Positions 39,453 through 50,611 of a stretch of 64,000 nt of DNA are shown piece after piece. The stretch is from a bacterium (lineage in GTDB: Bacteria > SAR324 > NAC60-12): contig CBDDTI010000746.1 of assembly GCA_965233585.1 (NCBI GenBank), positions 608,001 to 672,000 on the forward strand, written 5' to 3'. The position numbers were made by a program, and so were the translations under genes. Each line of letters starts with the position of its first letter. The first letter of the stretch is position 1. The notes below the pieces were generated by a model, which was not told the DNA's origin, did not search any database, and saw only the letters and a program-made list of their open reading frames with translations.

Positions 39453-39953
39453 ATGTCAGATCAAACAGCCAAGCTCATTACCAAACAAAATTTTCTTGAA
39501 AAGAGTCGTGATGCGTCCAACCGATCTGAAGAAGAGCTTGACCTCGTTTGTTTTTCTATCCAAGATGAAACTTACGGCATTGAACTTTCTCTTTTGCAGG
39601 AAATTTTGAAGGTCAAAAATATCACTATTGTTCCTCAAGGTCCCGATGCCCTCATTGGAATTATCAATTTGCGTGGTGTTTTGATTAGTATTGTCAACTT
39701 TAAAAAATGTTTGGGGGTTAAAGAACCAAATGAGACATCTGACCAGTCCAGAATTTTGATTGTGGATTATAAAAGAAGGCTCACAGGGATTTTGGTAGAT
39801 CAGGTTCAAGAGATTGTAAGAATCCACAAAAAAAGACTGGCTGACCCGCCCGAAGAGTCAAGCCACCCCAAAGATGACATGATTGCGTTTATTGCTAAAT
39901 TGGAGTCTGAAGAAATTATTATTCCCAATTTAGAAAAGTTATTTCAGTCTTAA
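39453..39953 (+). CDS. cheW: Chemotaxis coupling protein CheW (second copy)
   Basis: YGIEL..LQEI, GIINLRG, GILVDQV. Confidence 0.92.
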   Translation: MSDQTAKLITKQNFLEKSRDASNRSEEELDLVCFSIQDETYGIELSLLQEILKVKNITIVPQGPDALIGIINLRGVLISIVNFKKCLGVKEPNETSDQSRILIVDYKRRLTGILVDQVQEIVRIHKKRLADPPEESSHPKDDMIAFIAKLESEEIIIPNLEKLFQS

Positions 39954-39989
39954 CCTTATTTATTTAACCCTATTTTCAGAAAAAGTTTT

Positions 39990-42041
39990 ATGGGTATCAG
40001 ACAAAAGTTAATTTATTCCTTCTTAGCTGCTGGAATCTTACCTCTCATCATCTTAGGGGCTGTGGTCTATTTTCTTGTGTTTAGTTCATTTGGTGAATTA
40101 ATCCAGTATGGTTTGGAGTCTTCCAAAGAAACAGAGATTTCAAATTTAGAAAAAATCAGAGATTTTAGAGCAGAACTGATTCAAAATTATTTTGACAAGG
40201 AGGAGGTTGCCTTCAACAACTATGCAGGAACATTTGGGGTCAAAGCCGCTTTGCGTGACTTCAATTTTGCATATTTGGCAGAAAAAAAAGAATCCATCAG
40301 AATAGAATTAGTGAAGCAACCTATTTATGCTGGAGTTCAAGAAAAATATCATGATGACTTTAAAAGATACTTAAACCTTTATGGTTTGTATGATGTTTTT
40401 CTATTCAACGAACAAGGGGATTTAGTCTATTCTGTGAATAAAGAGCTTGATTTTGCCACGAATTTTGTCAACGGACCTTATGCGTCTTCAGGTCTTGGCG
40501 AGGCATTTCGTAAGGCAAAACTTTCTAAAAAAATGGTCTTCGTAGATTTTGAACCTTATGAACCGGCAAAGAGTGTACCTGCCGCTTTTATGGCAATCTC
40601 TATTTACTCTGATGACTCGCTACTAGGTGTTTTTGCGGTTCAAATTCCTGTGGATGAAATTTCTCAGTCTATTTCATCACTCAAAAATCTAGGCAAGACA
40701 GGTGAAGCATACCTTGTTGGACCTAACTTTCATCTTCGTTCCAATGTCAATAGGCACTATGAAGGGCTGACAGTTTCAAAGAGCTTTAAAGAAGACATTC
40801 TTTTCCGTACTGCTGATGTCCAAAATGCCCTCAATGGCAAAACAGGTTCAATGATTCTAAAAGATGAGCATGACAAAGACAATCCACAACTACAACATGC
40901 TGAAGTGGAAGGGCTGACGGTTTCCACTTACCGTCCTATTGAGGTGTTTGGATATACATGGGCGTTGGTTGTTGATAAATCAGAAATTGAAATTGAAAAT
41001 AATGCCTCAATTATTGCATCAAAACAAAATGAATTAATCAGTTCTCTTAACACTTTACTGCTCACGGTGATTGCCGTTTCTATTGTACTAGCCATCATCA
41101 TTGGGATTACAATTTTTAGCTACATCACTAAAGGAGTTGCCAATAAACTGGGACATGTCAGCCAACTTGCACAAAGCGTTCTCAAAGACTCTGAAAAGCT
41201 GTCTGTGCGTTCTCAATCCCAAAATGAAGCAACCGATGAAATTCTGACCTCTTTGGAAGAGCTAATTTCGTCAATTCAAGATGTGGCTCAAAACTCAAGT
41301 AATGTTTCTAACAATGCTAATAATTCAGCAGAAGAAGCTAAACGTGGAGGCACTGCTGTGAATAAGTCTATTTCTGCCATGAAACTTATCAGTGAATCTT
41401 CTCAACGTATCACTGAAATTGTTGATGTGATTTCTGAAATTGCAGAACAAACCAACCTGCTAGCACTCAACGCAGCCATTGAAGCCGCAAGGGCAGGAGA
41501 ACAAGGAAAAGGATTTTCTGTGGTTGCTGATGAAGTCAGAAAACTTGCAGAACGAAGTGCCAAAGCTACGCAGGAAATTACAAACTTGATTCGTGAAGGG
41601 AACACCAGAGTTGATGAAGGCGTTGACCTTTCAGACCAAGCAGGGAATATGCTAGAAGCCATTGTCACACATGTTGACAAAACAGCAGAGATGATTGACA
41701 GAATTTCTGCAGCAACAGAGGAACAAGCGGCAACATCAAATTCTATTAAAGACAGCATTGACCAAATTGCCAGCAGTGCCAAAGATAGCCATTCAGCCTC
41801 TGAAGTGTTAGTTAATTCTGCGATTGAAATGCGTAATGAGGTCATGCAAGTCATTTCAGGACGCATCTCAGAAGACCAAGACTACTCAGCAGTAGAACCT
41901 TCTGTTTCTCCCAAAGAAAAGTCATCACCAGCAACACATTATGAACCCCAAAACTCTGTTGCTCCTATCTCAAGTGTCATGCCTGAACCGAACAAAGCTG
42001 CTGATGGTAAAAAAGGCAAAGAAGATTATTTAGATTGGTAA
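39990..42041 (+). CDS. Methyl-accepting chemotaxis protein with Cache-type sensor
   Basis: Two TM helices; [37 protein letters not shown]. Confidence 0.96.
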   Translation: MGIRQKLIYSFLAAGILPLIILGAVVYFLVFSSFGELIQYGLESSKETEISNLEKIRDFRAELIQNYFDKEEVAFNNYAGTFGVKAALRDFNFAYLAEKKESIRIELVKQPIYAGVQEKYHDDFKRYLNLYGLYDVFLFNEQGDLVYSVNKELDFATNFVNGPYASSGLGEAFRKAKLSKKMVFVDFEPYEPAKSVPAAFMAISIYSDDSLLGVFAVQIPVDEISQSISSLKNLGKTGEAYLVGPNFHLRSNVNRHYEGLTVSKSFKEDILFRTADVQNALNGKTGSMILKDEHDKDNPQLQHAEVEGLTVSTYRPIEVFGYTWALVVDKSEIEIENNASIIASKQNELISSLNTLLLTVIAVSIVLAIIIGITIFSYITKGVANKLGHVSQLAQSVLKDSEKLSVRSQSQNEATDEILTSLEELISSIQDVAQNSSNVSNNANNSAEEAKRGGTAVNKSISAMKLISESSQRITEIVDVISEIAEQTNLLALNAAIEAARAGEQGKGFSVVADEVRKLAERSAKATQEITNLIREGNTRVDEGVDLSDQAGNMLEAIVTHVDKTAEMIDRISAATEEQAATSNSIKDSIDQIASSAKDSHSASEVLVNSAIEMRNEVMQVISGRISEDQDYSAVEPSVSPKEKSSPATHYEPQNSVAPISSVMPEPNKAADGKKGKEDYLDW

Positions 42042-42065
42042 AAATCAAACTAAGCTAGACACTTT

Positions 42066-42857
42066 ATGGATTTAATCACCCCCCAAGAGATGTCTTTGTT
42101 TGCTGAAAAAGCGTATAAAGAAACGGGCATACGTTTTTCAGAGACCAAAACAACATTGATGAGTAATCGGCTTTCTGCAAGAATGAAAGTGCTGGGTTTG
42201 GCAACATACAAACAATATTATGACTACCTTGTTGCAAACTCCAAACAAGAAACACGTTATTTCATTGAAGCCATTACGACCAATGAAACTTACTTTTTTA
42301 GGGGCAAAGAACATTTTCAAATTTTAAGTCAGAAAATTTTAGAGTCATGGCGTGAGAACGATTTGACTTTTTGGAGCGCCGCCTGTTCTAGTGGAGAAGA
42401 GGCTTACTCTTTGGCAATCGCATCACTGGAAAGACTGGCGAATCCCCGAAGAACTCGTGTTAAAATTTTTGCCAGCGACATTGATTACAGCATTATGAAA
42501 AAAGTGGACGATGGATATTACTCTGATTATGCTGTGCGATTTGTGAATCAAGGATTACTGCAAAAATACTTTAAAAAAACTAATGCGCCAGAACCTTGGG
42601 CGATTGACAGAAAATTGCGACCCATGATTTCTTTAGGATTCCACAATCTCAAAGAACCATTTAATCGGGCAAAAATAGATGTTGTCTTTTGTAGAAATGT
42701 TTTGATTTATTTTGATAATGAAAGCAAAAAAATTGTTTACAAACACTTGGTCAATGCTTTGAAGACAGGAGGTTATCTTTTTATTGGTGAATCAGAAATT
42801 ACGCCAGAAATACCCGGTATGGAACGTATTCATACCTCTATTTTAAGAAAAAAGTAA
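42066..42857 (+). CDS. cheR: Chemotaxis methyltransferase CheR
   Basis: TTNETYFFR, WSAACSSGEEAYS, CRNVLIYFD. Confidence 0.96.
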   Translation: MDLITPQEMSLFAEKAYKETGIRFSETKTTLMSNRLSARMKVLGLATYKQYYDYLVANSKQETRYFIEAITTNETYFFRGKEHFQILSQKILESWRENDLTFWSAACSSGEEAYSLAIASLERLANPRRTRVKIFASDIDYSIMKKVDDGYYSDYAVRFVNQGLLQKYFKKTNAPEPWAIDRKLRPMISLGFHNLKEPFNRAKIDVVFCRNVLIYFDNESKKIVYKHLVNALKTGGYLFIGESEITPEIPGMERIHTSILRKK

Positions 42858-43333
42858 TGGGTAGAATTGTCCGCATTGCTATTGGCGAGGCAGGAGTTGG
42901 ACAACACGATGATGTCTTGTTTACCATTTTAGGCTCTTGCATTGCGATTATGTTATTTGATAAAAAATATAACATTGGAGGGCTAGCTCATATCATGCTT
43001 GGAAAATCTCAAGATGACCGACTGTTGCAACCTGCAAAATATGCAGATACTGCTGTACCGTATTTGGTTCGTTTGATGACACACAAAGGCGCAGCTCCTC
43101 ATCGTTTAAAGGTTGCCAAGATTGCAGGCGCTTCAGAAATGTTCCCCACACAAGACCGTTCCCAAAGTATTTCAATGATGAATATCAAAGCTGTTAGGCA
43201 GGTGTTACACCAACATCAAATTCGGATTACTGCTGAAGATTTAGGTGGGAACAAAGGGAGGCAGGTTAAATTTGACACCAAAACAGGTCGCGTGAGTATT
43301 TTTATTGAAGGCAAGATTAGCAAATATCTTTAA
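42857..43333 (+). CDS. cheD: Chemoreceptor deamidase CheD
   Basis: LGSCIA, GLAHIML, KYAD, EDLGG..GR. Confidence 0.94.
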   Translation: MGRIVRIAIGEAGVGQHDDVLFTILGSCIAIMLFDKKYNIGGLAHIMLGKSQDDRLLQPAKYADTAVPYLVRLMTHKGAAPHRLKVAKIAGASEMFPTQDRSQSISMMNIKAVRQVLHQHQIRITAEDLGGNKGRQVKFDTKTGRVSIFIEGKISKYL

Positions 43334-43355
43334 GACAAAACATCTTTGAGAAAGA

Positions 43356-46301
43356 ATGACCTCACTATCCAAAAAACTACTGATTCAAGCCCTTGATCAT
43401 GCTGATAGTCCTGTTTGCATTCTCCAAAACAAAGACTCTCAAGAAGTCATTGTCCATGCCAACAACAGTTTTTGTAAACTTCTTGGCTCTTCACTAAAAG
43501 AGGTCGTTCATAAGACGATAGACCAATACACTGTCAACATTTCTCCCGTTCCACTCTCTATTGCAGAAACAGAATCACTGATTATGAATCAGTATAATGA
43601 TTCGTTGGGGGATTTAACGCTTTGTGAAACCACACCGAATGTCATCTCTTTTTCTAATGAAGAAGGGGAGTTTCTGATTTGCCGTCTGGATTCTTCTGTT
43701 GTAGAAGAAAACAAAGCTCAAATGGTCTCACCTGCAAAAGAAGAGACCGACTTTTCTGCGTCCATTAACGTCGTGCCTCCTCTTGGTTATAATCAAGAAG
43801 CTCAAACTGAAGAAGTCCCTCTTCATGTTGAAGACCAAACCTTTACAACTACAACTGATGTTGCACCAACTGACCCTCAAGAACCACCACTTGCAACACA
43901 ACCAGAACCAGAAGAACCATTAGAAGAAGGGCTTGCACCTTCTATGTCTGCTATTCAGTTTTTACAAAACTTTCCCGAGGTTGTTTGGGAATGCGATGCA
44001 AACATGAACCTCACTTACATAGGTGGTGCATTGCAAAGTTTGACAGGCTTCACTCCTGAGTCCCTTTTATATGAACCCCTTTATTCTCGTTTTGACCAAA
44101 ACTCTCGTGATAAAATTCAGGAACAAATCACACTTCCCAACACAAACACCATTCGCTGCGGTGGTTTAATTTGCTACACTGCAGACAATTCTGAATTATG
44201 TGTAGAGTTGGTGTTTCGTGCTGCTCAAAACGCTAAGCAAGAACCTTGTTGGATTGGCATGTTGAGAGAGGATTTTTCTCTTGCTCTCATGCCTGCAGAG
44301 GAGTCTCAAGCTGATGAAGTCATTGATGATAGTCAGGCGATCATTCATGTCAATTCTGAAGGCATGATTTTCTTTGCATCAGAAAGCTCCCAAGCCATCA
44401 TCGGTTTCAATCCAGATGAGGCACCCCAAGAAATCACCCCTTATCTTGTTGATGAAACCATCAGACCTATGATTGATTTTGCCTTCATGCAACAAGAAGA
44501 CGTCCCTTTTCCAGTAGAATTGAAGTTTCAAAACACTGCACAACAGGTCTTTTTACGTTTCTATGAAGACCACCTTGAAGCCTCCTTTGATGAAGTCTTG
44601 GAAGTTCAACAAACGTCAGAAGCAGAAGCATCTGATGAGATGGATTTTAGCGATACCATTGACCCTGACATGAAGGCGAATATCCTCAGTGATAGTAAGC
44701 ACCTTGCAGGGGAAACTCTTGAGCTTGTGAGAAGTTTGGAGGTTTGTTCTTATTCTAATGAAGAGGAATTAGACCTTGAAGAGTATAGAAACTTCATTGA
44801 CGACAAGAACATTGACGAATATCGGGAAAACATCAGACTGCTTGCAAACAAAGTTCACGGTCTCAAAGGAGCGTCAGGGTTTCTCATTCCAGCGGCAAAG
44901 AAACTTTGCCATTACACAGAAGAAATCATCAAACCTCTTTCTGAATGCAAGCTAGTTCTGACGCAAAGTAATTTTCAACTTCTCAAACAATTTGTTTTTG
45001 CAATCCAAGAATCACTTGATGAGTTTGAAGAAGGGCGACCAATTAGCTGCAATGTTCACCAGTGGGAAGAGCGAATCCAGCAACAATTACATACAAGTCA
45101 AAAATACGTTGGCAACCAGATTGGGGAGTTCATTAGTTTGTTGGTGCAAGCAGGTGCAAGGAACACTGACCAACATTCTGTGCGTGCTGATGAATTTCTT
45201 TCGGTTTCTCATCAAGGCTATTTACAACTGGCTGAACAAGTGAAGCAGTTATTTTATATGATTGTTGATAACTTATCAGGCGACAGCTTGGTCAACGCAG
45301 GCACACTGTACAACGAGTTTCTTGGCACTCATCAAAAAATTATCAAAATTGCCCCAGATTTGTCCCGTTATGAAAGGCTGATTCCCAACATGGGTTCAGA
45401 ATATGACAAACAAGTTAATTTTGAGTACAACACACATGAAACACGAGCAGACCGCGAATTTTGGAATGCCATGCACGAGGTTTTTAACCACGTCTTAAAA
45501 AATGCTATCATTCATGGGTTGGAGACTCCCAGTGAACGCATTGAACAAAATAAGCCAGAATGCGGCGTTGTCAATCTTGACATTAATGATGATGCACTCA
45601 ATCTTTACATCAAAATTTCTGATGATGGGAGAGGGATTGATGTTGACCAGATTTCACAAAAGGCAGTAGAAAATCAAATCATTTCTCAAGAAGATTTGAA
45701 GAAGATGTCAAAAGAAGAGATATTGGGTTTGGTCTTTGCTCAGGGTGTGTCCACTGCAGACCAAGTAGATGATAATGCAGGACGTGGCGTGGGAATGAAT
45801 GCTGTGCAAGAAGTGATGAAGCAATTCAGGGGAAGTTGTACAATTTCTTCTGACCTTAATATTGGGACGTCTTGGAGTTTTATTTTTCCAAAAAACAATG
45901 TCTCGTTACCTTGTTTTATCGTCAAAATTGGAGAGATGCCCATTGCTATTCCTGAAAATAATGTAGAAGGCTTCCAGAAATATCAGCAAAACTACATTCA
46001 CACAATCAATCAACGCAAGGTTTATAGGAGAAATGAAGAGGTCATTCCCCTTTTGGATTCTAGGGCATTCTTTGGTGATGACAATGTCCATGAACATCAA
46101 AACATTGTGTGCCGACTGCTTATTTTGCAAGAAAATAGTAAAAAGGTGGGATTGGCGATTAATGACATTTTGCATCATGCGACACTTCCTATTTTGGCAT
46201 TGCCCAGTGAGTATCAAAATATTCCTATCTATTTGGGTGCAACTTTATATCGTGATGTCCCTGTTTTAGTTCTCAATGCCCACCAAATCTTTACCGTATA
46301 G
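43356..46301 (+). CDS. cheA: CheA-like kinase with N-terminal PAS domains
   Basis: PAS-like segments, Hpt HGLKG, N-box KNAIIHG, DDGRGID, GVST, GRGVGM, C-terminal CheW domain. Confidence 0.85.
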   Translation: MTSLSKKLLIQALDHADSPVCILQNKDSQEVIVHANNSFCKLLGSSLKEVVHKTIDQYTVNISPVPLSIAETESLIMNQYNDSLGDLTLCETTPNVISFSNEEGEFLICRLDSSVVEENKAQMVSPAKEETDFSASINVVPPLGYNQEAQTEEVPLHVEDQTFTTTTDVAPTDPQEPPLATQPEPEEPLEEGLAPSMSAIQFLQNFPEVVWECDANMNLTYIGGALQSLTGFTPESLLYEPLYSRFDQNSRDKIQEQITLPNTNTIRCGGLICYTADNSELCVELVFRAAQNAKQEPCWIGMLREDFSLALMPAEESQADEVIDDSQAIIHVNSEGMIFFASESSQAIIGFNPDEAPQEITPYLVDETIRPMIDFAFMQQEDVPFPVELKFQNTAQQVFLRFYEDHLEASFDEVLEVQQTSEAEASDEMDFSDTIDPDMKANILSDSKHLAGETLELVRSLEVCSYSNEEELDLEEYRNFIDDKNIDEYRENIRLLANKVHGLKGASGFLIPAAKKLCHYTEEIIKPLSECKLVLTQSNFQLLKQFVFAIQESLDEFEEGRPISCNVHQWEERIQQQLHTSQKYVGNQIGEFISLLVQAGARNTDQHSVRADEFLSVSHQGYLQLAEQVKQLFYMIVDNLSGDSLVNAGTLYNEFLGTHQKIIKIAPDLSRYERLIPNMGSEYDKQVNFEYNTHETRADREFWNAMHEVFNHVLKNAIIHGLETPSERIEQNKPECGVVNLDINDDALNLYIKISDDGRGIDVDQISQKAVENQIISQEDLKKMSKEEILGLVFAQGVSTADQVDDNAGRGVGMNAVQEVMKQFRGSCTISSDLNIGTSWSFIFPKNNVSLPCFIVKIGEMPIAIPENNVEGFQKYQQNYIHTINQRKVYRRNEEVIPLLDSRAFFGDDNVHEHQNIVCRLLILQENSKKVGLAINDILHHATLPILALPSEYQNIPIYLGATLYRDVPVLVLNAHQIFTV

Positions 46302-46305
46302 CCTC

Positions 46306-47364
46306 ATGTTTCATTTGAAATTTCGTCAATTTTTGTTTTTATTTTTCTTTTGCAGCGGCAGTGCATTCGCTCAACAGAACCTTGAAGAACAAAAAAGGAT
46401 AGAAATTTATCAAAAAAGTAGTCCTGCTGTTGTCAACATTACTTCCATTGCATTAAGTTTTGACTCATACTTTAGACCTGTTCCAACAGAATCAGGTTCG
46501 GGTTCAGGCTTCATTGTGGACAAGCAAGGGCATATTTTGACAAACTACCATGTCATCAATAAAGCACAAGAGTTGACAGTGTTGCTTTCAGATGAAAGCC
46601 AAATTGGAGCAAAAGTGATTGGAATAGACCCCAATAATGACCTCGCTATTTTAAAACTTAATCAAGTGCCCAAAAATCTGACAGTCCTGCCTTTGGGCGA
46701 TTCCTCAAAATTACAAGTTGGTCAAAATGCGATTGCACTAGGGAATCCGTTTGGTTTATTACAAACATTGACTACTGGCGTTGTGAGTGCATTAGGCAGA
46801 ACCATTCAGGCACAAAATGGACGCAAAATTGATGGAGTCATTCAAACTGATGCTGCCATTAACCCCGGTAATTCTGGCGGTCCGTTGTTGGATTCTCAAG
46901 GATATGTCATTGGAATCAATACATCTATCATTGGGCAAGGGAACATTGGAATCGGCTTTGCTGTCCCCGTGAACACAGCCAAAAGGATTATTCCAGATTT
47001 AATCAAATACGGCTATGTCCGCAGACCATGGCTTGGCATTGAAACCCTTGCCACGCAAGAACTTCAAAAACTTGGTGTTGATATTCCAGCGGGCATCTTG
47101 ATTATCAATCTTGTCAATGGTGCCCCTGCCCAAAAAGCAGGTTTGAAAGGGTCAAATCGTCAAGCAAGGGTTGGCAGATATTACATTCCATGGGGAGGGG
47201 ACATTATCACTCATGTAGATGACAAACCCATTGATTCAGTAGAGTCATTGTCCGATGCCATTGAGACTCTGTTCCTTAATCAAGAAATCACTTTAACCAT
47301 TATCAGAGACTCTAAATCGTATCAAGTGCCTGTAACACTACAAGAAAGACCCCGTCCTAGATGA
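46306..47364 (+). CDS. HtrA/DegP-family serine protease with one PDZ domain
   Basis: TNYHV, DLAI, TDAAINPGNSGGPL, PDZ. Confidence 0.95.
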   Translation: MFHLKFRQFLFLFFFCSGSAFAQQNLEEQKRIEIYQKSSPAVVNITSIALSFDSYFRPVPTESGSGSGFIVDKQGHILTNYHVINKAQELTVLLSDESQIGAKVIGIDPNNDLAILKLNQVPKNLTVLPLGDSSKLQVGQNAIALGNPFGLLQTLTTGVVSALGRTIQAQNGRKIDGVIQTDAAINPGNSGGPLLDSQGYVIGINTSIIGQGNIGIGFAVPVNTAKRIIPDLIKYGYVRRPWLGIETLATQELQKLGVDIPAGILIINLVNGAPAQKAGLKGSNRQARVGRYYIPWGGDIITHVDDKPIDSVESLSDAIETLFLNQEITLTIIRDSKSYQVPVTLQERPRPR

Positions 47365-48419
47365 ACCATCTCCGATTTGCGGCTCAATGGTTGGGTGCAT
47401 TTGGTCTTTGGTTTGTTAGTATTTGGTTTTTGCGTGACTGGGATTTAGCATTTTCCAGATTTTTTTATCAGCAAGATTCGTGGTTATTCCAAAACCAACC
47501 TTTTTGGATTTGGATTTACGACTACTCTCCCTTGCCTCCCGTTTTGCTTTTGTTGGTATCGCTGATTTTACTGATTTTTCCCAAACTCCAGCGATTTCTA
47601 ACATTTCAAAATGTTCAAGTTTCATCGCATCACATCTTACTTTATTTTTTGACTGGTCTGTTAGCCAGCGGCTTCGTTGTCAATACGATTCTAAAGGGCT
47701 ATTGTGGCAAGCCTCGTCCGTATGAAGTGACCGATTTTGGGGGACAATGGAACTACCAAAAAACATTCCATTGTTCAACAGCAGGCAAAGGTGCATCATT
47801 TCCAAGCGGTCATGTTGCGGCAACGGCTCTTTTGCTTCACTTATGCCGTTTCAAATTTCGTCATCAGAACCTAGTCATTCTTTTAGTTTCTGGCTATATT
47901 ACAATGGTTGCTTTGCAACGTATTGGATCAGGAGGTCATTTTTTAACTGATACACTTTCAGCAGTTTTTTTAGTAGGTTGGATTCATTTTGCAGTTGAAA
48001 AGTGGCTGCTTCCTTTATTTTCTAACAATCAATACAAATGGTTCTCTTGGGGAGGTATCATTTTTTTACTTTTCATCTCTGTCATCACAAGACCTATTTA
48101 TTTAGAGGAACAAAAAGAATGGCAAGCCACATCACAAAACCTACAAATCATCTCAAATTTACCATTGAGTCAATTTCAATTTTCACAAAACAATCAAATT
48201 GTTCTAAAATCTACCATACAAGCGAGAGGCATTGAAGGTGTGATAAAAACAAAATCTGAGTATCTTCAATGCTCCAAACAGCTTGCAAAGATTTTCTACC
48301 ACGTAGACTGGGGAAACTTAACCAAAGATGAAAAATCATCTTTCGTTTTATCTCTTCCTAAAAATATTAAATGGGATTCAATTTATCAAAAGAACTGGGA
48401 TTTTTTTTGTAACAAATAA
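47361..48419 (+). CDS. PAP2-family membrane phosphatase
   Basis: K....PRP, SFPSGH, R...GGHFLTD. Confidence 0.9.
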   Translation: MNHLRFAAQWLGAFGLWFVSIWFLRDWDLAFSRFFYQQDSWLFQNQPFWIWIYDYSPLPPVLLLLVSLILLIFPKLQRFLTFQNVQVSSHHILLYFLTGLLASGFVVNTILKGYCGKPRPYEVTDFGGQWNYQKTFHCSTAGKGASFPSGHVAATALLLHLCRFKFRHQNLVILLVSGYITMVALQRIGSGGHFLTDTLSAVFLVGWIHFAVEKWLLPLFSNNQYKWFSWGGIIFLLFISVITRPIYLEEQKEWQATSQNLQIISNLPLSQFQFSQNNQIVLKSTIQARGIEGVIKTKSEYLQCSKQLAKIFYHVDWGNLTKDEKSSFVLSLPKNIKWDSIYQKNWDFFCNK

Positions 48420-48705
48420 AGTTAGAATTAGCCTTTGATCATTCAAAAAGATTCATGATTTATCAAAGGGACATAGCTTCCCGATTCTTTCTAAAATCCA
48501 AATTAAAATGGGATTGCCTGCTATGTGGAGAAAGTAGGAATTGTATTTCGTTGACAATAGATTTCTCATCAAGTAGGGGAAACAAGAGGCTATTGAAAGA
48601 CTTTACAGTCATTTTCATTTGGCTTAATGTAATTAAGTGTTTTTTCAATATCTATCTTCAAAAGGGTCAAATGATTCAAGGGGCTTTTAAAATCTTAAAA
48701 CTATC

Positions 48706-49425
48706 ATGAGTATTCAAATTTTTAATGAGTGTTTTTATTATATTCTTTTACAAAAAACTCATCTTCAAAAATGGGTACACACTTTATTGTATCGGGTTCT
48801 GAAAAAGTTAAGCCCCGTTTCAATAGAAAAACATACAATTCTTCTGGAATCTAAATTTTGCAAAAATCGTATTTATACAGAATATTCTCAAGAGATTCAA
48901 GACGATTATGAACTTATTCAGGCGTATCTTCCTGCACAATGCTCAAGCGTTTTAGACATTGGTTCTGGCATTGGTGGAATAGATGTTATCTTGCTCAAAC
49001 ACTATGGTTTCAAACCTGACATTTTTCTATTTGATCTCAACAGAATAGATACCAATCTCTACTATGAGTTTCATACTCATGCTGCTGCTTACAATTCATT
49101 TGAAATCGCAGAAACACTACTCAAATTAAATGGTGTTCCTGAAAATAAAATTCATTTGTTTGATGTTGATCAAAATTCCTATTTGCATTTGCAAAATTCA
49201 TTTGATATTGTGGTCTCCTATAAATCATGGGGGTTTCATTATCCTCTAAAAACTTATCTTTCTTGGGTGATGACACGTTTGAAAAAATACAGTATTTTAA
49301 GTTGTGATCTTAGAAAGAACACTGGTGATTTAGAACTCCTAAAACAGCATTTTGATGAAATCATTATTTTGAATAAAGGATCAAAACATTCTCGCATTCT
49401 CGCAAGAAAACCCAAGAAAATTTAA
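48706..49425 (+). CDS. Class I SAM-dependent methyltransferase
   Basis: VLDIGSGIGG, FDIVVS..SWGFHYP. Confidence 0.8.
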   Translation: MSIQIFNECFYYILLQKTHLQKWVHTLLYRVLKKLSPVSIEKHTILLESKFCKNRIYTEYSQEIQDDYELIQAYLPAQCSSVLDIGSGIGGIDVILLKHYGFKPDIFLFDLNRIDTNLYYEFHTHAAAYNSFEIAETLLKLNGVPENKIHLFDVDQNSYLHLQNSFDIVVSYKSWGFHYPLKTYLSWVMTRLKKYSILSCDLRKNTGDLELLKQHFDEIIILNKGSKHSRILARKPKKI

Positions 49426-49645
49426 GCAGAGGGCAAGTCATGAACATCAAATACTGCTGGAGATGAAAAGATTCATATCAGAAAACATGATAACAATGGG
49501 TAGAGGACATGGCTATAACCAGTTTGTTTTTAGAAAAACGTCAATTCAATCAAAATAATCTTCCACTTTATTTTGGAGTGAGGTTAGTTGATCAGGATGT
49601 TTCTTATAGTGTGAAAATTTTTTCAATTTAGATCATTAACTTGAA

Positions 49646-50611
49646 ATGCAAAACACGCCATCTTTTCTCATTACGATAGATACAGAGGGAGATAATCTAT
49701 GGGGTTTTCCACAAGAGATTACGACAAAAAACTCTCAATTTTTACCTCGTTTTCAAAATTTATGTGAGAAATATGGATTCAAACCAACCTATTTAACAAA
49801 CTATGAGATGGCAATGTGTCCTATGTTTCAAGAGTTTGTCAAGGATACTCTTCAAAGGCAACAATGTGAAATTGGCATGCACCTGCATGCCTGGAATAGC
49901 CCACCAATCTACTCCTTGACCAGCAATGATTATCAATATTGTCCATATTTAGTTGAGTATCCTCAAGAAGTTATGGAGAAAAAAGTTAAATTTATGACTG
50001 ATTTACTAGAATCAACTTTTGAAAGAAAAATGACAAGTCATCGGGCAGGTAGATGGGCATTTAATGAAATTTATGCAAAAATTTTAGAAAAATTGGGATA
50101 TTTGGTGGATTGTTCTTGTACACCATATATCTCTTGGAAATCACATCTAGGTAACCCTAACGGTTCTGGAGGCACAGATTATTCTTTATATCCAGTACAT
50201 CATTATTTTTTAGATTTAAATAATCTTTCCCAAAAGGGTTATTCATCTTTAATGGAAATTCCAATGACCATTATACCACATTTTTTGAATCATTCTATTT
50301 ATAAAAAACTTTTTAAAACATATCTTTTGAAAAGAGTTGTAAGAAAATTTTTTAATCCTATTTGGCTTCGTCCTAATGGAAAAAATAAACAGCAAATACT
50401 CAATTTAATCCAAAAAAATATAGACAAAAAATCTCCATACATTCAATTTATGTTACATTCATCAGAATTAATGCCAGGGGGCAGTCCTAATTTTCCAAAT
50501 CATAAATCTATTGAAAATCTTTATGACAATTTGGACATTGTTTTTGAAAAAATTTCAAATTTTTATCAAGGTCACACCCTCACAGAATACTATCATTTAT
50601 GGAAATTTTAA
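49646..50611 (+). CDS. Polysaccharide deacetylase (WalW/WbmS-like)
   Basis: ITIDTEGD, EIGMHLHAW, SHRAGRW, MLHSSE. Confidence 0.88.
   Translation: MQNTPSFLITIDTEGDNLWGFPQEITTKNSQFLPRFQNLCEKYGFKPTYLTNYEMAMCPMFQEFVKDTLQRQQCEIGMHLHAWNSPPIYSLTSNDYQYCPYLVEYPQEVMEKKVKFMTDLLESTFERKMTSHRAGRWAFNEIYAKILEKLGYLVDCSCTPYISWKSHLGNPNGSGGTDYSLYPVHHYFLDLNNLSQKGYSSLMEIPMTIIPHFLNHSIYKKLFKTYLLKRVVRKFFNPIWLRPNGKNKQQILNLIQKNIDKKSPYIQFMLHSSELMPGGSPNFPNHKSIENLYDNLDIVFEKISNFYQGHTLTEYYHLWKF

Noticed and set aside
48455..48709. 84-aa CxxC ORF as a functional gene
   Set aside because: No recognisable family; may be a relic at the island edge
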